Both the position numbers and the translations under genes were made by a program. From sequence record OR805295.1: a stretch of 64,000 bases of DNA. One strand, written 5' to 3'. Every line of letters begins with the position of its first letter. Within the stretch, counting starts at the first letter, position 1. The notes under the pieces were generated by a model. The model made no database searches. It saw only the letters and a program-made list of their open reading frames with translations, and was not told the origin of the DNA. Of the stretch, positions 37,705 through 46,447 are shown piece after piece.

Positions 37705-38069
37705 AATACTTGGCTGTAGTTGGCAGTAGAGGGTACATAGATTCTGACTTTATATTCTTGGTATTGGATGCACTTTTTACAGAATATATGTACGAAGGTA
37801 TAGTATCGGGCGGATGTAAAAATAGTCCCGATGAAATAGCTGCTATATACGCAAACTTAAATAATATACCATTACTAGAAATAAAACCAGACTGGAAACA
37901 ATACGGTAAATCTGCAGGTTTCAAAAGAAATGTAGAAATATGGGATAACGCACATTCTGGTGTTGCATTCTGGGATGGCGTCAGTAAAGGAACAAAACAC
38001 AGCTTCTATATAGCTAAAAGTCAAAATAAAGATATAATAATTTTTAAAGGAAAGGAGTTGTATGAATGA
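37701..38069 (+). CDS. SLOG-superfamily protein (YspA/DUF2493-like)
   Basis: LAVVGSRG, IVSGG, PDWKQYGKSAGFKRN, FWDGVSKGT. Confidence 0.8.
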   Translation: MKYLAVVGSRGYIDSDFIFLVLDALFTEYMYEGIVSGGCKNSPDEIAAIYANLNNIPLLEIKPDWKQYGKSAGFKRNVEIWDNAHSGVAFWDGVSKGTKHSFYIAKSQNKDIIIFKGKELYE

Positions 38070-38382
38070 TAGTTTTATGTTCTATGGCCAAATAATTAAT
38101 TTTGTTGTTTTTGCCATAGTGGTTATTGTATCGTTTATTAAGATGATTTATATTATAGCTGACGATGAAACTGAAGACACTTTATCTGAAAAAATAAACA
38201 AACATCTGTTCGATTGGTTTTGGTTAGCAATAGGACAATTTTTATTCTGTTTTATTCCGTTATTATACACTGCATTCTGGGCAATTATTGTATTACAACA
38301 CGTATTGGTTTTTATAACAAAACAAATAATAAATTCGAACTATATTCGAAAATACAGAACATTTAACAAACTTAAAAAATAA
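38062..38382 (+). CDS. Small membrane protein
   Basis: Two hydrophobic segments. Confidence 0.6.
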   Translation: MNDSFMFYGQIINFVVFAIVVIVSFIKMIYIIADDETEDTLSEKINKHLFDWFWLAIGQFLFCFIPLLYTAFWAIIVLQHVLVFITKQIINSNYIRKYRTFNKLKK

Positions 38383-39278
38383 TGAATAATTACGATCCGC
38401 AATATTTAAACATAATTAAAACTATTTTAGATACAGGTATAGATAGGGATGATAGGACCGGAATAGGATCCAGGGCTATTTGGGGTGCAAATATGCACAT
38501 AAACTTAGCAGAAGGATTTCCTATTCAAACTTCACGACGTGCATCATTAAGAATTGCATTTGAAGAACTTATGTGGATGCTAAGAGGGCAAGTAGATTCT
38601 ACAATTTTAAAAAATAAAAACATTAACATCTGGGAAGGAAATACTACTAGAGAATTTTTAGATAGTAGAAAATTAAATTATTTGCCAGTAGGCCATATCG
38701 GCAAAGGATATGGATTCCAGATGAGAAATTTTGGAGGTCATTATTCTACTGTAAACGGAATCACAGATTACAGTAAACTTGACAATACTGGCATAGATCA
38801 GATAAAAAATTTAATAGAATCTTTAACTAAGGATCCACACTCTAGAAGACACATTGTTTTACACTGGAATCCTACCCAATTAGATGATGCTGCCTTACCT
38901 AGTTGTCATTTATATCATCAGTACCAAATTCTTGATGGAAAATTAAATAGTAGTTTTGTTGCAAGAAGTCAAGATATATGCTTCGGCACACCCACTAATA
39001 TAATGTTTTATTCTCTATTAAATCATTTTATAGCAAATGTACTCGGAATAGAACCGGGAATATTATACTATTCTGGAATGGATGTCCATATTTACAACAA
39101 CCAAATGGACATGGCAAAAGAATTAATAACCAGGACCTGGCATGACTTACCTAAGCTTATAATTAAAAAGGATTTAAAGACTTTAGATGATATATTGTCA
39201 CTTGAATTCGAAGATATAGAACTAGAAAATTACAAATGTAATCCAGATGTTTCTAATAAACCCAGGATGGCTATATAA
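38382..39278 (+). CDS. thyA: Thymidylate synthase
   Basis: DRTGIG, EELMWM, LPSCH, RSQD, PTNIMFY (dUMP-specific Asn), DVHIY. Confidence 0.93.
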   Translation: MNNYDPQYLNIIKTILDTGIDRDDRTGIGSRAIWGANMHINLAEGFPIQTSRRASLRIAFEELMWMLRGQVDSTILKNKNINIWEGNTTREFLDSRKLNYLPVGHIGKGYGFQMRNFGGHYSTVNGITDYSKLDNTGIDQIKNLIESLTKDPHSRRHIVLHWNPTQLDDAALPSCHLYHQYQILDGKLNSSFVARSQDICFGTPTNIMFYSLLNHFIANVLGIEPGILYYSGMDVHIYNNQMDMAKELITRTWHDLPKLIIKKDLKTLDDILSLEFEDIELENYKCNPDVSNKPRMAI

Positions 39279-39589
39279 TGAAAACTCCGATCAATGTAAC
39301 ATACGATATAGTTGATGTAGTGGAAACTTTAAAAAAAGTAGAGCAATTATTATCTACGCCAGATATTGTAGACATTTTAGAAAAAGAAAATATAATGGAT
39401 AAATTAAAAGGCGAAGATCATGTATATACATCTGAGTCTTTGCTAAGTATGCTAACTACTATGTGTGCTCGCATAAATGAAATTCAAACAGATATATCAT
39501 TGATAAAAAATACAGTTAATTCTATCAAAGATGCAATTGTATCAATGCCTAAAACAACCCCGTTGCCTCATATTCCGCATTTATTTTAA
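39278..39589 (+). CDS. Hypothetical protein
   Basis: 103-aa ORF. Confidence 0.55.
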   Translation: MKTPINVTYDIVDVVETLKKVEQLLSTPDIVDILEKENIMDKLKGEDHVYTSESLLSMLTTMCARINEIQTDISLIKNTVNSIKDAIVSMPKTTPLPHIPHLF

Positions 39590-39638
39590 CTATGTAGTTA
39601 ATGTTGTTAAAACGTATCTAAATATCTTTGTCATTAGG

Positions 39639-39667
39639 TTGACACGGAAGAAAACGTATAGTATACT
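39639..39667 (+). promoter_or_regulatory. sigma70 promoter for folE-queD-clpX
   Basis: TTGACA, 17 bp, TATACT. Confidence 0.85.
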
Positions 39668-39737
39668 ATACAAATAATTAAAGCAAAGTGCAGGCGGCAC
39701 TTTGCTTATCAAACTAAAATGATTTCAGGAGGAAATC

Positions 39738-40427
39738 GTGTCGTTAAACAAAACTAAAACTGATGCCGAACTAGGCAAAAAAGTACAGCAATATTTAATC
39801 CAACAAGGAGTAGAAACTCCTATGCAAGAGCAGACTCTAAACGTTAAAGAGCGGATAGATAAAATTGAATCTCATTTTGTTGAAATTATGAATGCACTTG
39901 CGTTGGATCTTTCTGACGATAGTCTTGCAGAAACGCCTCGCCGAGTAGCAAAAATGTATGTATCTGAGATATTCTATGGGTTGGATTATGAGGCATTTCC
40001 TAAATGCACCACTATTGAAAATAAATTTAATGCAAATGAAATGGTCTTAGTAAAAGATATAGATTTATATTCTCAGTGCGAACATCATATTTTACCAATA
40101 ATTTCTGGATCATCTTCTGGTCGAGGTGGAATATCGGTTGCTTATATTCCTAAAAATAAAGTAATAGGTCTCTCTAAATTAAATAGAGTGGCAGAATTTT
40201 TCTGCAAGCGACCTCAAGTTCAAGAACGACTCACATTGCAAATATTTCATGCATTACAGTATATTCTGGAAACAGACGATGTTGCTGTTTTGATTAACGG
40301 AAGGCATCTGTGTGTGGAATCTAGGGGCGTAGAAGATACAAGTTCGAGTACGATAACTTCTAAATTAAGTGGTGCATTTAGCAACGATCCTGCCACCCGT
40401 GCAGAATTTATGTCTCTTGTAAAATAA
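39738..40427 (+). CDS. folE: GTP cyclohydrolase I
   Basis: ETPRRVAKM, SQCEHHILP, GLSKLNR, RPQVQERL, HLCVESRG; GTG start with AGGAGG SD. Confidence 0.96.
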   Translation: MSLNKTKTDAELGKKVQQYLIQQGVETPMQEQTLNVKERIDKIESHFVEIMNALALDLSDDSLAETPRRVAKMYVSEIFYGLDYEAFPKCTTIENKFNANEMVLVKDIDLYSQCEHHILPIISGSSSGRGGISVAYIPKNKVIGLSKLNRVAEFFCKRPQVQERLTLQIFHALQYILETDDVAVLINGRHLCVESRGVEDTSSSTITSKLSGAFSNDPATRAEFMSLVK

Positions 40428-40431
40428 CAAA

Positions 40432-40464
40432 AACTACTATGGATAGATACTATCCATAGTAGTT
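40432..40464. repeat. Perfect 15-bp inverted repeat between folE and queD
   Basis: AACTACTATGGATAG-ATA-CTATCCATAGTAGTT, no U tract. Confidence 0.9.
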
Positions 40465-40494
40465 ACACATAGCATATTAATAAGGAATATAAAA

Positions 40495-41013
40495 TTGTGG
40501 CAGATTAATAAAAGTTTCAGTTTTGCATATGCTCACAGAGTCCATAATCAACACTTAGATGCAGATTTAGTTGAAGACACCAAATGCAAATGCAGGCATT
40601 TACACGGACATACAGGTAAAGTAGTTATTCATTTAACTGGAACTTCTTTAGTAAACGGTATGGTAACTGATTTTAAGCATTTAGGTTTTCTTAAAAAATT
40701 TATAGATGACGTAATCGACCATAAGTTTATTATAGATGCAAACGATCCTAATTTTAGTAAGATAACCAATGCATCTAAATATTCTACTATAAGTTTTGAG
40801 CACTATGGAATATTCGATACATCTGAAGAGACAGTAGAACACGAAAAGGAACATGCAGATAGTTTTGTAATAGTAGATTTTGTTCCTACTGCAGAAAATT
40901 TAGCTAAATGGATTTGGGAATATGCTGAAAGCATTTTAGAACAAAAAGGTATAACTGTTTCTAAAGTAGAATGGTGGGAAACTGATAAAGCTTGTGCAAC
41001 ATATATTGCATAA
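40495..41013 (+). CDS. queD: 6-carboxytetrahydropterin synthase / PTPS family, copy 1
   Basis: YAHRVH, CKCRHLHGH, MVTDF, DHKF, PTAENLA, WWET. Confidence 0.88.
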   Translation: MWQINKSFSFAYAHRVHNQHLDADLVEDTKCKCRHLHGHTGKVVIHLTGTSLVNGMVTDFKHLGFLKKFIDDVIDHKFIIDANDPNFSKITNASKYSTISFEHYGIFDTSEETVEHEKEHADSFVIVDFVPTAENLAKWIWEYAESILEQKGITVSKVEWWETDKACATYIA

Positions 41014-41030
41014 TATAAAGGTAGATATAA

Positions 41031-42257
41031 ATGTCGAAAGAAACATGCTCTTATTGCAATAAAGGCAAAGATGATGTGTCTAAGTTGTTTCGTAGCCCTG
41101 CTAAATATGGATCAAATGTATATATATGTGACCAGTGTGTAACTCAGTGCAACAATTTTTTAGAAACTGCTGAAACAAATGATCGGGAATCTAATAAATT
41201 AGAAATAAAATACACACCTGAAGAACTAAAGGAATTGCTAGATAAAGACATTGTAGGGCAAGATCACGCAAAAGAATTACTAAGTCTAGCAGTGTATAAT
41301 CATTATAAACGGGTAAACTATAACACTACTGAACATGATGTAGAGTTATCTAAATCTAACATAATGCTACTGGGACCTTCAGGCAGCGGTAAGACATTTT
41401 TAATATCTAGTATATCTAAATTGTTAAACATACCTTTTGTTTCTGTAGATTCTACTTCGCTAACAGAGGCAGGATATGTCGGAGATCATGTAGAGACTAT
41501 ATTTACTAGATTAATCGCAGAAGCAAATGGTGACATAGAACTAGCGCAACGTGGAATCGTATTTATAGATGAAATAGATAAGAAACGTTCTAAAAAAGGA
41601 ACAAATTCTGCAGGATCTGATGTTTCCGGCGAAGGCGTCCAACAGTCTTTACTTCGGGTGCTAGAAGGAACAACGATTAAATTAGAACTAAATTCTAACA
41701 GTATGTTTAGTCCTAGACAGGAAATTATGTTTGACACAACTAACGTTTTGTTTATAGTTGGCGGCGCATTTATAGGATTAGATGCAGTAATAAATAAAAG
41801 ACTTAGTTCTACTAAATCTCAAATGGGATTTGGTTCCGAAGCTGGTAAACCCATAGAAGGTAGTTTATTCTATGTAGAACCGGAAGATTTGTATACATAC
41901 GGTTTTATAAGAGAATTTGTAGGGAGATTTCCTGTTCTTATTGCGTTTCATGATGTAACAGAGACTATGCTTCGTCGAATTCTAGTAGAGCCTAAAAGTT
42001 CTATACTTAAACAATATCAAACTATGTTTAAATTAGATAACATTGAATTAGAATTCGATGAAGATTTTATAAAATCTGTTGCTACTACAGCGTTTAATAG
42101 GAAAACAGGCGCTCGTGGTTTAAGAACTATTTTAGAAAAAGAACTATCTAGTATAGCATATAGATTGCCTTCTATAAGACGAGAAGGGTTTAGCAAGATT
42201 ATTATACACGAACTAGGAAAACATAATTTCATAAAAGGGCAAAATGAAGACATTTAA
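41031..42257 (+). CDS. clpX: ATP-dependent Clp protease ATPase subunit ClpX
   Basis: CSYC...CDQC zinc-binding domain, GPSGSGKT, GYVG, IDEIDK, VSGEGVQQSLL, GARGLR. Confidence 0.95.
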   Translation: MSKETCSYCNKGKDDVSKLFRSPAKYGSNVYICDQCVTQCNNFLETAETNDRESNKLEIKYTPEELKELLDKDIVGQDHAKELLSLAVYNHYKRVNYNTTEHDVELSKSNIMLLGPSGSGKTFLISSISKLLNIPFVSVDSTSLTEAGYVGDHVETIFTRLIAEANGDIELAQRGIVFIDEIDKKRSKKGTNSAGSDVSGEGVQQSLLRVLEGTTIKLELNSNSMFSPRQEIMFDTTNVLFIVGGAFIGLDAVINKRLSSTKSQMGFGSEAGKPIEGSLFYVEPEDLYTYGFIREFVGRFPVLIAFHDVTETMLRRILVEPKSSILKQYQTMFKLDNIELEFDEDFIKSVATTAFNRKTGARGLRTILEKELSSIAYRLPSIRREGFSKIIIHELGKHNFIKGQNEDI

Positions 42258-42450
42258 TATAATTACTGGTCTTACTGTAGAAGTAAGACACGATAACTTT
42301 AACCAAGCACTTAGAACTTTTACTAAAAAGGTTCAAAATTCAGGAAAATTAAAAGAAGTTCGAGAACGCGAATTCTATGAAAAGCCTTCTGTAAAAAAGA
42401 CAAAAGCTAAAAAAGCAGCAATTCAACGCCAGAAAAAGAAAAAAATATAA
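42244..42450 (+). CDS. rpsU: Ribosomal protein bS21
   Basis: VEVR...ALRTFTKK...EVREREFYEKPS. Confidence 0.88.
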   Translation: MKTFNIITGLTVEVRHDNFNQALRTFTKKVQNSGKLKEVREREFYEKPSVKKTKAKKAAIQRQKKKKI

Positions 42451-42452
42451 TA

Positions 42453-42788
42453 ATGGATCTTTGCAGGATTTTAAATAATGAACTTATGTTTTGCAGAAAT
42501 CGCAGGAATAAACTCTATTATGGCCTACGGCAATTGAATAAAGTTGACATCCCTGTAGATCCTGCAGATTCTTTACTTATTTCCAGCATAAAAATGGATA
42601 TAGAACAGCTCCAATCGTATAAAGATGCTATATCCGAATGCAGTAGACTTGAACAACGTATAATCTGTATAGATAAAACTATGCAGTATATCCGTCGGTA
42701 TTGCAATCATAAGTTTGTGTATCACAATACTAATTATCATACAAATACAGATGCAGAAAAATGCATTTATTGCGGATTAATAATTTAA
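42453..42788 (+). CDS. Hypothetical protein
   Basis: 111 aa; C-terminal CNH...CIYC. Confidence 0.55.
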   Translation: MDLCRILNNELMFCRNRRNKLYYGLRQLNKVDIPVDPADSLLISSIKMDIEQLQSYKDAISECSRLEQRIICIDKTMQYIRRYCNHKFVYHNTNYHTNTDAEKCIYCGLII

Positions 42789-42789
42789 T

Positions 42790-43260
42790 ATGGCATATTT
42801 TTCAACTAAGAGATTTGGACCTATTTCCACTGGCCATCGTCAATGGAAAGATACGGGTCATTGCAGCAGAATACACGGATACGGAAGAACAGTGAAGATT
42901 GTTTTTTCTGCTACTACATTAGATGATAAATTGTGGGTAGTAGATTTCGGTGGATTGAAAGATTTTAGGAAATGGCTGGAAGAACAATGGGATCATAATG
43001 TTTTAGTTGCATCTGACGATCCCAAGTTAAATATCCTTAAACAAATGGAACAAGAAGGTCTAGTTAAATTAAATATAATGGATGTTAAAAAAGGCCATGG
43101 TCCCGGAATAGAAGGTTCATGTAAGCATCTGTTTGACTATTTGAATCCCATTATAGAAAAACAATCTGGCGGAAGATGTTGGGTCCATAGTATAGAAATA
43201 TGGGAACACGAAAACAATTCCGCTATATACGAAACATATAAGTCAACATTTAAAAGATAA
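42790..43260 (+). CDS. queD: QueD/PTPS-family protein, copy 2 (HGY variant)
   Basis: TGHRQW, HCSRIHGY, WVVDFGGLK, DH, EHENNSA. Confidence 0.8.
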   Translation: MAYFSTKRFGPISTGHRQWKDTGHCSRIHGYGRTVKIVFSATTLDDKLWVVDFGGLKDFRKWLEEQWDHNVLVASDDPKLNILKQMEQEGLVKLNIMDVKKGHGPGIEGSCKHLFDYLNPIIEKQSGGRCWVHSIEIWEHENNSAIYETYKSTFKR

Positions 43261-43267
43261 ATAACAT

Positions 43268-43346
43268 TAGTATTCCATGAGGAATACTATACAACGAGTG
43301 CCTTATTGGGCTCACACTATATCTTGCGTAAAGGAGATTAAAAATG
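43268..43346 (+). promoter_or_regulatory. ROSE-like RNA thermometer in the hsp20 leader
   Basis: Three hairpins after GATAAATA (43256-63); the last is AUCUUGC-GUAAA-GGAGAU, with a bulged G opposite the SD. Confidence 0.55.
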
Positions 43347-43775
43347 CAAAAACATGTTATAATGTCATCTAACCTAGCTAATTATAGATATGCACTAGGT
43401 GCAACTGATTTACTTAATACTATTACTAATGAACTTAGTAGCCAGAAGTTTCCTCCCCATAATTTGATAAAGAATGCAGACGGTAGCTATTGTCTTGAAT
43501 TAGCTCTTGCCGGTTATGATAAATCCGAGCTAGATGTTTATGTAGATAGCAGAGAACGACTGTTAGTAATAGAAACAAAACCGGAACGAATTTTTAAAAC
43601 TGAAGTAGAATACGAACACAAAGGTATTTCTAGTAAAGATTTTTCTGTCAAATTCAGGCTTGTAGACGATCTTATAAATATATCTTCGTGCGGTATGAAA
43701 AATGGCATTCTAACAATAAAAATTCAACCGCCAAGTCCCGCAGAATCACAACGAAAAGTAATTGATATAGAATAA
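43344..43775 (+). CDS. Small heat-shock protein (Hsp20/IbpA-like)
   Basis: FPPHNLIK, LELALAGY, YEHKGISS, NGILTI. Confidence 0.92.
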   Translation: MQKHVIMSSNLANYRYALGATDLLNTITNELSSQKFPPHNLIKNADGSYCLELALAGYDKSELDVYVDSRERLLVIETKPERIFKTEVEYEHKGISSKDFSVKFRLVDDLINISSCGMKNGILTIKIQPPSPAESQRKVIDIE

Positions 43776-43786
43776 TGTTTACAAAT

Positions 43787-43815
43787 AAAAAGCTGGTATT
43801 CCAGCTTTTTATTTT
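43787..43815 (+). terminator. Rho-independent terminator
   Basis: AAAAGCTGG-TATTC-CCAGCTTTT-TATTTT. Confidence 0.8.
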
Positions 43816-43889
43816 GCTATATAACTTGACGACACTGTTTAAACATATATAATAATGTGTATCAATTACGATCAACTTGGGATTTAAAA

Positions 43890-44192
43890 ATGACTGTAAA
43901 GGTAGCTAATAAAGTTGAAACTTCGTCTACTGTATTTCAACCTAAGAAATATAATGTAGTTTTCCACAACGATAACAAAACCACTATGGAATTTGTTATG
44001 CAATTGTTAGTGTATATATATGACTACGATGCATCTAGCGCATACAATACAATGATGGAAGTGCATGAACGCGGCGCAAAGATTGTAGGCAGCTATACAA
44101 AAGAAATTGCAGAATCGAAACAGTCTAAATCTGTTCAACTTGCTATTAACAACGGTTATCCTGATTTTAAAGTAACTGTAGAAGAATCGTAA
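43890..44192 (+). CDS. clpS: Clp protease adaptor ClpS
   Basis: YNVVFHNDNKTTMEFV...MMEVHERG...YTKEIAE; promoter TTGACG-16-TATAAT at 43826-53. Confidence 0.9.
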   Translation: MTVKVANKVETSSTVFQPKKYNVVFHNDNKTTMEFVMQLLVYIYDYDASSAYNTMMEVHERGAKIVGSYTKEIAESKQSKSVQLAINNGYPDFKVTVEES

Positions 44193-44266
44193 TACAGCAA
44201 AAACGGGGGTAGACACCTGCCCCCTTCCCTATTATAATAAATAAAGCATATAGGGATATAAGAATT

Positions 44267-44815
44267 ATGAATGATTCCATAAAGAAATACATATCTATTG
44301 CAGAAGCTGCATCGTCCGTAAAGAAAATTCCTATCCCGTATTCCGTAAGTAGTCTTAGTCCTACTTTCTCTAAAGATTTAGTAGAACTACATTACGGAAC
44401 ACTCTATTCTAATTACATATCTTCAGTAAACAAAGACCCTAGTAATAAATTTTCATTTGCAGGTGCATACTTGCATGGGATTTATTTTAGTCAATTTACT
44501 GATTCTCAAAAAAGATATTCTCCTTCCGGGATATTGTTAAAAGATATAAAATCTAAATTTACTTCATTTTCTAAATTTAAAAATGAGGTTATATCTGCAT
44601 GCATGGATGTTCATGGTTCCGGATGGATTTATGTTTCTAATACCCTTGTAATAAAGGAAATCCCAAATCACGAAGTAAGAGACGATATATTCTTACTTAT
44701 TGATTGTTGGGAGCATGCATATATGCTCGATTATAAAGCAGACAAGAAGTCATACTACGAGAATATATGGAATATATTTAATTGGGAATATCTGGAGGGT
44801 ATGTATTCTCAATAA
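44267..44815 (+). CDS. sod: Fe/Mn superoxide dismutase
   Basis: LHYG, YLHGIYF, GSGW, DCWEHAY metal ligands; AATAAATA at 44236. Confidence 0.88.
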   Translation: MNDSIKKYISIAEAASSVKKIPIPYSVSSLSPTFSKDLVELHYGTLYSNYISSVNKDPSNKFSFAGAYLHGIYFSQFTDSQKRYSPSGILLKDIKSKFTSFSKFKNEVISACMDVHGSGWIYVSNTLVIKEIPNHEVRDDIFLLIDCWEHAYMLDYKADKKSYYENIWNIFNWEYLEGMYSQ

Positions 44816-44834
44816 ATAACTTCGGTGAATACTT

Positions 44835-45119
44835 ATGAGAACTAAAAAGCATTGGGATGAATGCCTCTTTTCTTTATCTTATGAAACTGCACAACACATG
44901 GCATTTGAATTAAAGGAATTTGCCAAGCAAGCAGGATTTAATCCAAACGGTATTAAAGTATTGTCGAAAAAACAAATTCATAAATATGTAAAAGCTGATG
45001 CAGCTATTATGTGGGGCGAAGGTCCAGAGTGTTGGGCTAATTCGTTATTGTTTAAAGATTTATTAGGAGTATACGTATCTACCTATAAGGGTAACACAAT
45101 TCTATTTCATGACAGGTAA
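44835..45119 (+). CDS. Hypothetical protein
   Basis: 94 aa; IMWGEGPECWA. Confidence 0.6.
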   Translation: MRTKKHWDECLFSLSYETAQHMAFELKEFAKQAGFNPNGIKVLSKKQIHKYVKADAAIMWGEGPECWANSLLFKDLLGVYVSTYKGNTILFHDR

Positions 45120-45128
45120 TGCAAATAA

Positions 45129-45422
45129 ATGATAGATATACACACTATTGGAAAAGATTACACAGTAATCAATAAAAGAAATGGTGTATCTGTAACAGTT
45201 AGTGTGGTATTTTATAAAGATATTTTACGCAATATAAAACCATATTCTATAACTCAACCTATAGACCAATATGTAATTTATGTTTGTGAACAAATTAAAC
45301 CAACTAAACCATATCACTGGCATACTAATTATTCGGAAACTATTAACTTAGAACATTTAATAAAAGAAACATTACAGAATAATAAACAATTATTAATAAT
45401 ACAAGATTTATATACAGACTGA
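45129..45422 (+). CDS. Hypothetical protein
   Basis: 97-aa ORF. Confidence 0.55.
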   Translation: MIDIHTIGKDYTVINKRNGVSVTVSVVFYKDILRNIKPYSITQPIDQYVIYVCEQIKPTKPYHWHTNYSETINLEHLIKETLQNNKQLLIIQDLYTD

Positions 45423-45489
45423 TATGGATAGCTTTTGCAACAAGAAGCTTGAAGATCGACACAAACGCATGACGTAATAAGGATTATAA

Positions 45490-45717
45490 ATGAAAACATT
45501 TGATTTTACTTTTGGAGTATATAGAGCTAAACAGTGTGAATGGAAAGGAAATTCTAAAACACAATGCGGAGCAAAACCTATAGAAGGCAAAGCATATTGT
45601 TTAGAACACTTTAAAAAGGCATATGTTAATATTTCTGAAGAAATGTTAGATAAACAAACAGAAGCACAGTTAAAGAAATTAGAAAAAGAAATGCCTGTGG
45701 TAATCGAAGAAGAGTAA
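45490..45717 (+). CDS. Small Zn-binding protein resembling the GcrA C-terminal motif
   Basis: CEW...CG...G.AYCLEH...AY. Confidence 0.5.
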   Translation: MKTFDFTFGVYRAKQCEWKGNSKTQCGAKPIEGKAYCLEHFKKAYVNISEEMLDKQTEAQLKKLEKEMPVVIEEE

Positions 45718-45748
45718 AAACAATCCCCGCAATTGCGGGGATTGTTTT
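45717..45748. terminator. Bidirectional terminator
   Basis: AAAACAATCCCCGC-AATT-GCGGGGATTGTTTT. Confidence 0.8.
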
Positions 45749-45762
45749 ATAAGGAGATAAAA

Positions 45763-46407
45763 TTGGAACTTAAAACAAATGAACAGAAATCTATAATAGG
45801 AACATTTGCAACTTTAATGTTAACTAGAATATTTGCAGCCGCCGGCGCATATTTAGCATTAACTATGCCGATTCTTAATATGAATTTACTTGTGTGTATA
45901 TTTTCATATTTTGCTATAATGTTTATTATAGATTGTATTAGAACAAATGTGTATGTGTCTATTGTAGGGAGTGTATTTTTATTATTTTGGCAAGGAATAA
46001 CATTAGGGAATGGATTAACTGCGTTACTAGGGGAAGTAGCGCCATTATTAGTTTTAGTTATGTTTACTATAAGTTCGTTTTTATATATGTTTCTTTGTGC
46101 AAACGCAATTATGTCAAAACACATTTTTAGTTTCGCGTCGTCATTTAATGTTTCTATAGCAATGACTTTGCTTGTGACCATAGTAATGTCTATACTATTA
46201 GATCTATCAGTCAGTTATTGTATAGGCAGTATGATAATAAACGTGATTAATTGCGTGGTAATACTCAAAACATTAGAAGATTGTATAAACGAAAAATGTG
46301 AAAATATATCTATGCAAAAACTATCTACAACTGTAGTATTATTTTGGTACGATACAATAATGGAGTCTATAGAGAAACTTTTAAAACTATTTACATATAA
46401 GCGGTAA
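45763..46407 (+). CDS. Polytopic membrane protein, BI-1/YccA-like
   Basis: About 7 hydrophobic segments; C-terminal LFWYDTIM...LLKLF; TTG start at 45763 with AAGGAG SD. Confidence 0.5.
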   Translation: MELKTNEQKSIIGTFATLMLTRIFAAAGAYLALTMPILNMNLLVCIFSYFAIMFIIDCIRTNVYVSIVGSVFLLFWQGITLGNGLTALLGEVAPLLVLVMFTISSFLYMFLCANAIMSKHIFSFASSFNVSIAMTLLVTIVMSILLDLSVSYCIGSMIINVINCVVILKTLEDCINEKCENISMQKLSTTVVLFWYDTIMESIEKLLKLFTYKR

Positions 46408-46447
46408 ACAGTTATATTACACACATAACCCCTTATAGGATCAAATA

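Noticed and set aside
38382-39278. Thymidylate-synthase homolog as a dCMP hydroxymethylase or base-modification enzyme
   Set aside because: It keeps the dUMP-specifying Asn (PTNIMFY) and canonical ThyA motifs, and a dCMP deaminase is present to supply dUMP.
39681-39720. preQ1 riboswitch upstream of folE/queD (stem followed by AAACTAA)
   Set aside because: The stem is 11 bp with a 5-nt loop and lacks the class I loop consensus; only the A-rich tail matches. An Rfam scan would settle it.
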